A stretch of 64,000 bases of DNA from an uncultured cyanobacterium (lineage in GTDB: Bacteria > Cyanobacteriota > Cyanobacteriia > CAKZMO01). Where the stretch lies: contig CAVRCJ010000010.1 in assembly GCA_963719515.1 (NCBI GenBank), forward strand, positions 288,001 to 352,000, written 5' to 3'. The notes under the pieces are model-generated. The model saw nothing but the letters and a program-made list of their open reading frames with translations, was not told where the DNA came from and ran no database searches. Position 1 is the stretch's first letter. Every line of letters begins with the position of its first letter. The position numbers and the translations under genes were made by a program. Shown here piece after piece: positions 44,546 through 53,315 of the stretch.

Positions 44546-45175
44546 GTTTTCTTCTCTTAGCGATCGCGCAAACCGCTTCAAAATTTGTAGCACCACCGCC
44601 AAGTCATTGCGGCTATCGATGGCAAACAGATCCGACTGCCCGTAGTACGGCTGCGGCTGAGCTACCAGCTTGAGAAAGCGAAACGTAGACCCATTGCTCA
44701 CAAACCCAAACGTCGGCTGCGAACCATTGGGGCTACCCAGCATATAGGCCAGCGCTTGCGGAATCGCCGTTTCCACAGAATACGCCACCTGCTTCGACTC
44801 AATCACCGTTACCCAAAAGGGTGGAGAAAACGCTAGCAAATCAATTCGCCCCCGAACCACCAATCCCTCATCCTCAGAGGCGATCGCCACCTCTTTTTCA
44901 GCCGCTAGATAGAAGGGCGGTTGGTAGAAGGTGGCTAGCCTTAGCAGCGGCGACAGCACCACCATCTTCACCATCGGCTCCAGCATCGAATACTGCGATA
45001 GGTGGCGATACTCTGCCTTCACCTCAGCGATCGCCTGCTGCTCTGCTACCGTTAATTCGGGTAAGTCCGTTTGCCACTCGGGGAAAAACTGCTCGTCGTC
45101 GCTGCGCGTGAGGCCAAAGCTGTCCTGCAAATCGGGCAGCGTTATCTGACTAGCGGGAATTGCTTGAACCATCAC
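44513..45175 (-). CDS. PD-(D/E)XK / HsdR-N-like small nuclease-fold protein; C-terminus altered by the IS derivative
   Basis: RGRIDLL..VIESKQ..IPQALAYML..FVSNGS.FRFLKL. Confidence 0.75.
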   Translation of the reverse strand: MMVQAIPASQITLPDLQDSFGLTRSDDEQFFPEWQTDLPELTVAEQQAIAEVKAEYRHLSQYSMLEPMVKMVVLSPLLRLATFYQPPFYLAAEKEVAIASEDEGLVVRGRIDLLAFSPPFWVTVIESKQVAYSVETAIPQALAYMLGSPNGSQPTFGFVSNGSTFRFLKLVAQPQPYYGQSDLFAIDSRNDLAVVLQILKRFARSLREENVTYSRRSFYE

Positions 45176-45335
45176 TCAATCCTCCATCGCTGACATATTT
45201 ATCATATCTACCCTGCCCTATCGGAAAGGCAAATAGCCTATCTCCCCAACCGATCGCCGTACGGGCGGGTTTAGCAAAAACGCCTCGGTCTTGACCAAAA
45301 CGTAACTGCCAAACCCGCCCCGACGTATTTATCTT

Positions 45336-46873
45336 TTATCCCCCCAACCGATCGCCAAAATACCGCCGATATAAATCGCACCGGGGCACCACCTCATTGC
45401 CCCGCAAATGCACCACCCCCATACTATGCAGCTGAAACGCCTGCACCGACTCCAGCCGCACCGCTTCTCGTGCCGTCATCACCCGCCGAATCGCCCCCAC
45501 CATTTCCGAGCGCTGCTGCAAATTCCACAGGTGCCGCCGCAGGTGGTCACCGTAGGGTCCTTCCTCCGTCGGCGCAATTTCCAGCAGCTTATCCAAGGTT
45601 GTTTCTTTGCGGGCGATCGCATACAGCGCCACGCGCACCAAATAGGGGTGCCCCCCCACCATCGCCATCAGCCGCTCGGTCTCCTCCTCTCCCCAGTTCA
45701 AACCGTGCCGCTGGGCCAAATCCTGCACCTGTCCCGCGCCAAACTCCACCAGCTCAATCGGCAGCCCCACGTTAAAGGGCGACTGGTTAATATTCATGGG
45801 GATGTACACCTCCGTCGACTACACCACCACCAGCCGCAGCTGCTTCCACAGGTCATCCACCTTCGCCGACTCGTGCCAGGCCCGCAGCAGCCCCATAAAA
45901 TCCGCCGCGATGTTGGGGTGCTCAAACACCATGTCTACCTCGTCTAGCCCCAGCACCAGCGGCGAAGACAGGTTGGGCAGCAGGTACTCCTCAAAGTAGG
46001 CGGTGCAGTTGTCCTTCGCGCCAAAAATCTCCGCATCCCAGTAGTCCTTCAGCTTGTTGGGCAGCTTCAGCCGCCGGGCAATGCTGGCGCAAAACCAGCG
46101 CAAAAACTTGTCCAAATCCGAGAGATGGCCGCATCCGCCAGTTGAAAGCTGAGGGGCACCGTAGGCACGCCGCTTTCCGCGCTGCTGGCATGCAGCAAAA
46201 TCCGCGACATCAGCGAGGTTTTGCCCATCTGGCGCGGGGCCTTGATGCGGATCAGCGCGCCGGGCTTCAGCACCGTCTCGTAGCAGTTGGCCTCCAGCGG
46301 CGGGCGCTCCACATAATACTGCGAGGCTAAATCTACCTGTCCCCCCGGCAGCTCCGGCGGCGCAACGGGGACCGGGGGCGCTCGGGCTGGTCGATTAGCG
46401 GGCCTGAATCAGGCTGTGACTCGGGTTTAGGCGGCGCTGTCCGCTGGCCTTCTACGATCTCCAAAATATCCTGCAGCACGCGGGGCGTGTCTTCGGGCGA
46501 TCGCCACTGTCCCTGCTGGATGGGGTTGAGGTAACCCCGCAGGTCGTAGTTCATGGGGGATTCAAACGGAAAATTGACCCGAATCGGCAAGAGCTTGGGC
46601 TTGTCTAACTCTCGGGTATCCCGCAGCTCCCGGGCCCGCCGTACCTCTTCGGTCACCATCTCGCTGGTGGCCGACTGGGGCGACAGCAACAGCACAAAGT
46701 AATCGCAGCGTTCCAGCGCCTGATCAATGCGGGCGGACCAGTTGTCCCCCAGGCGAATGCTCTCCGCCGCCATGAATACCTCGTGCCCGGCACCCTGGAG
46801 CACCCGGTGAAATTCCCCCTGCCAGGTCGCTATCGGGCGGCTGACTGCGGTAGCTAATGAAGATGTGAGTCAT
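45336..46873 (-). pseudogene. TIR + AAA_35 NTPase gene, with 3 frameshifts and 1 in-frame stop
   Basis: MTHIFISYRS..LLLSPQSATSEMVTEE (TIR); APRQMGKTS; LDEVD; VVV*STEVY; indels near 46817, 46372 and 46120, TAG at 45819-45821. Confidence 0.85.
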
Positions 46874-47062
46874 GTTTGGGCGCGGGCGCGGGTATCACCA
46901 TCAGCATAGTTCAGAGTTTTCTACAGTCTACAATTTTTTAGATTTCTCTCTTGCTCGATAGCCACCGCCGGAACACCAAAGCGCTGAAATCGGACCATAT
47001 CGCTGCTGCACGAACTGATGGGGATGAGGCGCTGTCGGTGATTGATAGGGTCGAGCCCACAG

Positions 47063-47530
47063 TCAAGACGTAATTAGCAGCGCTTCGGGCTGAAACTGCC
47101 TATCCTCATCAAGCCTCCAACACAGCACATCCCGAGGGACGCCATGATGGACGGACACAATGATATATGAATAGTGGGACCAGGCGACCAGGCGATCGCA
47201 CTCTGAGGGCAGCGCCGGGTGGTCGGGGTGGGAATGGATGATGCCGATGATGTCGAGCTCTAAGTCGCGGGCGTCTTTTTGAGCCTTCAGCATATCTCTG
47301 GGATCGATGGTGTAGCGGCTGGTTTTGGTGCGGGCTTCAGCGGCTTGGCGGGCGTCGGTGATGTTTTCTGCGGCGGACCAGACGTTGGGCACGAGGCGTA
47401 CTTCAACAAGTTGACGAATCGCATCGCTTTCACTTCGGCCCAGCAGAATGCCGCAGCCCTCTTCGGGGTAGGCTTGCTCGCCGCAGTGGGCGATCGCCTC
47501 CATATGCTCGGGGGTCAGCCGCAAGACCAT
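47063..47530 (-). CDS. Mov34/MPN/JAMM (M67) metallopeptidase
   Basis: YPEEGCG, HSHPDHPALPSECD JAMM motif. Confidence 0.93.
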   Translation of the reverse strand: MVLRLTPEHMEAIAHCGEQAYPEEGCGILLGRSESDAIRQLVEVRLVPNVWSAAENITDARQAAEARTKTSRYTIDPRDMLKAQKDARDLELDIIGIIHSHPDHPALPSECDRLVAWSHYSYIIVSVHHGVPRDVLCWRLDEDRQFQPEALLITS

Positions 47531-47545
47531 CGCACCACTCCCCTG

Positions 47546-48373
47546 CTATCGCTTCTTTTTCTTGGTGCTTTTCTTCGCGGCCCCAAACCCTTTCACCGAT
47601 GCCAGCGGTGGTGATGGAAACTGCGGTATCTCTTTAGCCTTGAGCGCGACATATCTTCTGGCAGCCTTAAGCCTCTCCGAGACTTTCGGCTTTAGCTGCT
47701 TTGGCGTAAAGTCTGACTCTTGTTTCAGCCCCAGCCTCACCTGCACCATTGGCCAACTTGTGGCAATCGTTTCGTCAATCTCTTTACTAGAAAAAACAGT
47801 TTCAATGAGCGGAGCCGCTTCTGCCGCCTTAAGCTCGGCCAGAGTATCAATCAGACACGAATCTAGGAAATCGTCTTCTCGACTCTCGTGGTTTTCCAGC
47901 TCCGCCATCAGCCGTTCGATGCAGCTCTGGCGATGCTGAGGATGTTTTGTCGCGATCGCTTCAAGACAGGCCATGAAGAAGATCCGATCGTGGGCAGCAT
48001 GCCGCGAGTTGTGAAAGTATTTTGCGGTGGGTGCGATCGCGCTTTCCCCGATCAATCCGATGGCTTCGGGGATATTCTGCTTGAAGTAATCGTCGTCTTG
48101 CAGCAGTAGCTTGAGCAAGGGGGCGATCGCCTCTTCTGCGCGAAGCTGCCCCAGAGCCCGAACGGCATGGATAGGGGCCCACGACGCTTTATTTGTCTCA
48201 GCAAGTTGGTCAAATAGCGGATCGCAGGCCATGCGAATCAGCTCAGGGGCATCAGCCTCCGTCAACCCAAAGCGCTCAGGGTAGTTCACCCAGCTTTCAG
48301 CCTTGTACTTGTTGTAGCTAGCGTCACAGTCTAGTAGCGCAGCGACAGATCCGGTATACGACTCTAACCCCAT
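47546..48373 (-). CDS. HEAT-repeat / DUF1186-like protein
   Basis: WAPIHAVRALGQLRAEEAIAPL; C-terminal KGFG..KKKKR. Confidence 0.7.
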   Translation of the reverse strand: MGLESYTGSVAALLDCDASYNKYKAESWVNYPERFGLTEADAPELIRMACDPLFDQLAETNKASWAPIHAVRALGQLRAEEAIAPLLKLLLQDDDYFKQNIPEAIGLIGESAIAPTAKYFHNSRHAAHDRIFFMACLEAIATKHPQHRQSCIERLMAELENHESREDDFLDSCLIDTLAELKAAEAAPLIETVFSSKEIDETIATSWPMVQVRLGLKQESDFTPKQLKPKVSERLKAARRYVALKAKEIPQFPSPPLASVKGFGAAKKSTKKKKR

Positions 48374-48376
48374 AGT

Positions 48377-50503
48377 TCACCCCTTTAAATATCGCTCCAT
48401 TGCCCGTAGCGCTGTCCAAATCAGCTTAAAGTATCCCGGCTCAGCAACATCGATTGCCGCAGCTTCTGACCGGCTAGCCCCGAGTAGTCCCTCACCGGTT
48501 ACCCCATCCACCACCAGCACCTCCTGCTGGCCGTTCCGCAGCCGCAGCTCTGAGCCGTCCTCCCGCTGAAACACGCCGCAGACGTAGGGGCGCTCGTTGT
48601 GGGTAAAGCGAATCGGCTTCACCGCTTGGTGCGCCAGCCCCGAGACCTCGATCCTATCCACGTCGATATCTTCCACCGCAGGCCGCGCCCCCGCCAGCTC
48701 TAGCTCCACGCTCTGCTTCCCCTGCCACTCGTTGAGCCGCAGCTTATAGGCCACGTCCAATCTCTCTGGCAGCGGGTAATAGTCCCCCCAGCGCCAGGCG
48801 ATCGCCGTCCTTTGGGCCGATTTACCTGAACCAGCGGGGTCTTCTAGGGTCAGCTTTAGGTGACTGCGATCGCGGCCTACGGTGCGCTGCTCTACCACTC
48901 GCACCCCCGGCGTCCAAAACAGCGGCTCCGGGTTGCCAATGCCGCAGGGCTGCAGGCGGTCCATTTGCTGAAACAGCTCTAGAGTGACGACGCTGAGGGG
49001 GGTCTGGCCGTCGATATTGAGCGCGGGCTTGAGGTGGTGGGGATGCAGGGTGAGGTTGGCGTAGAGCTGCAGGCGGCGGCGAAAGGCCTCTAGGTTGGCG
49101 GCAGGCAGGGTGAAGCCCCCGGCGGCGGGGTGACCGCCAAACTTCCCCAGCACCGAGCCGCTAAACTGCAGCGCCCCGAACACGTCAAACTCAGGGATGC
49201 CCCGGGCGGAGCCGCGCAGGTGCTGGGCCTGACTCAGGTCGCTGGTGGGGCTCAGCTCGGCCTCGTCCACATCCTCGTCCGTGCCGATGAACACCGGCAC
49301 CCCGTAGCGCTCCACGAGACGTGAGGCCACAATGCCAATCACGCCGTGGTGCCAGCCGGGGCGCACCACCACCAGCACCCGCTCTTCCGCTAGGTCAGGC
49401 TTGGTGGTCTCGATGTAGGCGATCGCCTCCGCCTCAATTAGCTCGCACAGCTGGCGGCGGGTGCCGTTGACCTGCTCGCAGGCCATGGCCCGCTCTAGGG
49501 CCACACCCTCGTCGTCGGTGGTCAATAGCTCAATCACCGTCTGTGGGTTGCTGATTCGCCCCACGGCGTTGATACGTGGCCCCAGCCGAAACCCAATCGC
49601 TTCCGGCTTCAGCGCCTTTTTACTGCCCTCTATTCCCGACACCTGAATCAGCGCCTTCACCCCCGCAATCTTGGAGTGCGGCAGCAGCGCCAGCCCCTGC
49701 TGCACCCAGCGGCGGTTCACCCCCGTCAGAGAAGCGAGGTCGGCAATGGTGCCTAGGGTAAACAGCGCCAGCAGCGGGTCCGCCAATAGCAGACCGTAGC
49801 CCAGCGACTCCGCCAGCTCCCGCGCCAGCAGGTAGGCGACCCCAACGCCCGCCAGCCCCCGGTAGGGCGATCGCTCATCGATCAGCTTGGGGTTCAAGAT
49901 GGCGTTGGCGGGGGGGATTTGGGGCGGAACGTCGTGATGGTCGGTGATAATTACCGCCAAGCCTAGCTCCCGCGCCCTGGCGACAGGGTCGTAGGCGGCG
50001 ATGCCGTTGTCTACGGTGAGGATAATCTGCACACCTTCGGCGTGGAAGTCCTCCACGATGCGGCGGTTGATGCCGTAGCCCTCCATCATGCGGCTAGGTA
50101 TTGCATAGTCCACATCCGCACCCATGGCCCGCAGCGCCCGAATTAGCAGCGCCGTGCTGGTCATCCCGTCGGCGTCGTAGTCGCCGCAGATGGCGATCTT
50201 TTGGTCGGTGGCGATCGCCTGGCTCAGCAGCTCTAGGGCGTGGGCAAAGTCAGGGAAGTCGTCACCGGCGGCGGGCAGGGTCTCTAGGGTGGGGTCTAAG
50301 AACCGCGCTGCGGCCTCTACGGTATCAAAGCCCCGGTTGACCAACACCTGGGCCAGCAGGGGCGGCAGGTCGGTGGCGGCGGCGATCGCCCTTGCCTCGG
50401 CTGACAGTTCAGTAATACGCCACCGCTGCTCCGGCAACGATCGAGATTGAGAGGCAGCATCAAAGGCGGAGGGGCGAGGGTCAGATAGGGGAGGATGAAC
50501 CAC
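48377..50503 (-). CDS. recJ: ssDNA exonuclease RecJ
   Basis: GDYDADG, TVDNG, TDHH, GTIAD, GGH. Confidence 0.95.
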   Translation of the reverse strand: MVHPPLSDPRPSAFDAASQSRSLPEQRWRITELSAEARAIAAATDLPPLLAQVLVNRGFDTVEAAARFLDPTLETLPAAGDDFPDFAHALELLSQAIATDQKIAICGDYDADGMTSTALLIRALRAMGADVDYAIPSRMMEGYGINRRIVEDFHAEGVQIILTVDNGIAAYDPVARARELGLAVIITDHHDVPPQIPPANAILNPKLIDERSPYRGLAGVGVAYLLARELAESLGYGLLLADPLLALFTLGTIADLASLTGVNRRWVQQGLALLPHSKIAGVKALIQVSGIEGSKKALKPEAIGFRLGPRINAVGRISNPQTVIELLTTDDEGVALERAMACEQVNGTRRQLCELIEAEAIAYIETTKPDLAEERVLVVVRPGWHHGVIGIVASRLVERYGVPVFIGTDEDVDEAELSPTSDLSQAQHLRGSARGIPEFDVFGALQFSGSVLGKFGGHPAAGGFTLPAANLEAFRRRLQLYANLTLHPHHLKPALNIDGQTPLSVVTLELFQQMDRLQPCGIGNPEPLFWTPGVRVVEQRTVGRDRSHLKLTLEDPAGSGKSAQRTAIAWRWGDYYPLPERLDVAYKLRLNEWQGKQSVELELAGARPAVEDIDVDRIEVSGLAHQAVKPIRFTHNERPYVCGVFQREDGSELRLRNGQQEVLVVDGVTGEGLLGASRSEAAAIDVAEPGYFKLIWTALRAMERYLKG

Positions 50504-50619
50504 AGACGGCTTAACCTTCGTGGATAGCGACCGGAGGGACTAGGCCTCAGTATAGAGAGCTAGCGTATGGAACCCCGCTTTCGTAACAAAATCTCAAGGG
50601 ATGGACTCTAGAAATTGCG

Positions 50620-51027
50620 GTGAATACTCCCTATGCGAACCGTCTTGACCTTGAATCCATTAGGGATAGGGCGGTGCAGAACGATGCGCATCGTGCCCAG
50701 CTTAAGCAACTTGATTTGGCTACCCGTCACCGGGTTTTCCTTGAACTGCGGAAAGAGGAACGAGCGGTACTGCCCAAACTTTTTGAAGCGCGGAAAACCA
50801 TGACCTCTCTCCTTCCTCGCAGCAAATGCTGCCTCTACCCTGCGAATAGGCTCTTGAAGCACCTGAGACTGCACGTCCTTCAGGTGAGGAAATATCTTCT
50901 TAGCCGCAGTCAGCGCATTTTGCTGCTTGTAGTAGTGCGCCGCTCCTTAATTGTTCGCCTACGGCTCACGCGCCCTTCATCCCGACGCTGATGCTGCGCA
51001 TACAGCGCGGGACTTCCCGTCTAATAG
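50620..51027 (-). mobile_element. Doubly deleted family-B tnpB element
   Basis: Left end with TTTAA (51028-51032), internal tnpB fragment, only the last 12 bp of the right end (GGGAGTATTCAC). Confidence 0.9.
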
Positions 51028-51033
51028 TTAAAG

Positions 51034-51076
51034 AGCCCCGCAGTGCCAGAACACTATGTCTTGGCACTGCGGGGCT
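51034..51076 (-). terminator. Intrinsic terminator hairpin
   Basis: AGCCCCGCAGTGCCA / TGGCACTGCGGGGCT. Confidence 0.75.
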
Positions 51077-51131
51077 TTGGCGATACAGGCCGCTGCTAGA
51101 AGCTAGCTTGTAGTCGGAGCTCAGCTGAGGC

Positions 51132-51572
51132 TTAGGCTTTGCCGCCGGAGATCTCAAGCAGGTCAGGGGTCTTGATGAAGCCGAAGTAGATGGCAAATAC
51201 CGCCGTGATGGCATGCAGGATGACGTTAGTCCCAAACAGCGGCGTTAAACCAAAGAGGGTATCAGCGTAGGGGATGAGGCCAAGGACCGCACCTGCAGTC
51301 ATAATGATGCCTAAAAGGCCGGAGAAGGCGCGAGCGCTGTCGAGGGCGATCGCCGTGGCAATACCGGTGAGGCCGAGCAGGAGGTTGATGCCACTACTCA
51401 AGTTGTTGACAGGGAGAATCCCTAGGAGATAGCTAAAAGTGGCGTTAAGGTCTGGATCGACGGTTAGGTTGGCAGAGTCAATAGTCTCAATGGCATTAGG
51501 AATTAGTCCTAAAATCCCGAGGACGAGATAAATGACGCCGAAGGTCAAAGTAAAATACTGTGTGGATTTCAT
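51132..51572 (-). CDS. DUF4383-like membrane protein
   Basis: Four hydrophobic segments, FGLTPLFGTNVILH. Confidence 0.7.
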   Translation of the reverse strand: MKSTQYFTLTFGVIYLVLGILGLIPNAIETIDSANLTVDPDLNATFSYLLGILPVNNLSSGINLLLGLTGIATAIALDSARAFSGLLGIIMTAGAVLGLIPYADTLFGLTPLFGTNVILHAITAVFAIYFGFIKTPDLLEISGGKA

Positions 51573-51931
51573 AGATTCTCCAATGAATAAAGGTGAAAAT
51601 TTCTGCCTAGTCTTGTCTTTTTTCAACTAGGAACGCGCATTAGTGAGCAGCTTCTATTAGGTCATCTCAGAAGAAATTAGGGATGAGCGTCGCTGACATC
51701 TCACAATGTCTATCGCGTTAAGTTCTTCAGCTTTACTATAGATAACCTTTCCAGGGTAAATATCGATAAAAGGCATCAGTTTTCTCTGTGCCAAAAGAGA
51801 GAGAATCTTGTCAATCTATTAATCAAATTGACGATTGAGGTTGCTTATGACCCTCCGGCAGCACAGTCTCTAGCAGCACGGCTATGACTCAGCGGTACTC
51901 GGGTCACCGCTCAAGCAATCCCTTCAAAAGA

Positions 51932-52699
51932 TCAGCGTACGTCCTGATAAAATCGCTTTAGCCAGGAGGTGGGTACGCTGAACCCCCACAAAATGCCGAT
52001 CATTAAATAGACCAGGTTAGCCCGCAGCGGCCCCCACTTCGCAACCCGGCGATCGCTAGAATAAACCACTCGGTTCACCAGGCGAATACGCCCCTGCTGC
52101 ACCAGTCTGAGGCAGAGATCACCGTCCTCCATAATTGGCATCGTTGGGTCGAACCCGCCGCAGGCCCAAAACGCTTTTGTATGGCAAAAAATTACCTGGT
52201 CTCCAAACAGCAGCCGTAGGCCACGCAAAAACAGGTGAGGCCGAAACAGCAGGGGAGCATAGAACGTTTTGAGGTAGTTGTGCAGCGAAGTGCCCCAGCG
52301 CGTTACCGTTCTACCCTGCATTAGCGAAATAAAGCCACCGCCTGCAACGTTCTGCTGCTGTAAAGTATGCTCAATCAGCCACAAGACATCGTTGGGCACC
52401 TCCGTATCGGCGTGGAGAAAACAGAGGACGTCGCCGCTAGCAGCCCTAGCCCCCTCATTCATCTGCAGCGATCGCCCAGGAAGACCATCTATTCTCATGA
52501 TAGGAACCGGACAGCGGTGGGTCTGCAGAGCGATCGCTGCCCTTGTTCCATCGGTGCTGCCGCCATCTACGACGATAATTTCCAGCGGCAGCGGCTGGAG
52601 CTGAGCGAGGCCAATCAGGGTTTGGTTGATACAGGCTTCTTCGTTCAGCGTAGGAATTATAATGGAGCAGCGAAGCATAGGTGATATAAGTGAGGTCAA
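51932..52699 (-). CDS. GT2 glycosyltransferase (TIGR04283-like)
   Basis: IIIPTLNEE, VDGGSTD, FLHAD, FGDQ, MED. Confidence 0.88.
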   Translation of the reverse strand: MTSLISPMLRCSIIIPTLNEEACINQTLIGLAQLQPLPLEIIVVDGGSTDGTRAAIALQTHRCPVPIMRIDGLPGRSLQMNEGARAASGDVLCFLHADTEVPNDVLWLIEHTLQQQNVAGGGFISLMQGRTVTRWGTSLHNYLKTFYAPLLFRPHLFLRGLRLLFGDQVIFCHTKAFWACGGFDPTMPIMEDGDLCLRLVQQGRIRLVNRVVYSSDRRVAKWGPLRANLVYLMIGILWGFSVPTSWLKRFYQDVR

Positions 52700-52754
52700 T
52701 CCTGGCTCATTCTCACGTAGACTGCTAGCCTTCTAAAACACCATTTAGATCACT

Positions 52755-53144
52755 ATGTTCGAGCGCATCAACCTTCCCGACGATATTCTCCCATCGGTTG
52801 CCCCCTATTCCCACGCCGTGAGAGCTGGAGATTTCCTATTTGTGACCGGTCAGCTGGCTGAAGACCCCCAGACGGGACAGGTGGTGCGCGGCAGCATTGA
52901 GACTCAGACCATCCGCGTGATGGAAAACCTGAAGCTGGTGCTTCAACACGCCGGGTCAGACTTTGACCGGGTGACGATGGCGCGAATTTTCGTCACTGAT
53001 TTTCGCTTTTACGACCCCGTTAACGAGATCTACGCCTCGTACTTTCCAGAGGGTGCGCTGCCGGGGCGAACAACGGTGGGGGTGACGGCGCTGGCGGCTT
53101 ATGGCGATGTGGAAATTGATTTGATTGCCTACTGCGGGAATTAA
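52755..53144 (+). CDS. RidA/YjgF family protein
   Basis: PYSHAVRAGDFLFVTGQ, PGRTTV, VEID. Confidence 0.92.
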   Translation: MFERINLPDDILPSVAPYSHAVRAGDFLFVTGQLAEDPQTGQVVRGSIETQTIRVMENLKLVLQHAGSDFDRVTMARIFVTDFRFYDPVNEIYASYFPEGALPGRTTVGVTALAAYGDVEIDLIAYCGN

Positions 53145-53315
53145 TTGGCGATCGCTTCTAAGACGTTATCAATACTTTGCTTAGCGGCCCGCTCGCTAAA
53201 CGCCAGTGGGTCACCACAGCGTACGCAGGCCGCCTTCCAAGACGTTTCTGAACCGCCCAGAGCGCTACCCTAGAGGAGTGAAGCTCGCCGCTTCAAACGC
53301 AGTTCAACGCCGGTA

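Larger units (their letters stand above)
36524..47177. mobile_element. Genomic island inserted in the Mov34 gene
   Basis: 30-bp direct repeat (1 mismatch) at 36524-36553 and 47148-47177; accessory cargo between. Confidence 0.75.
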
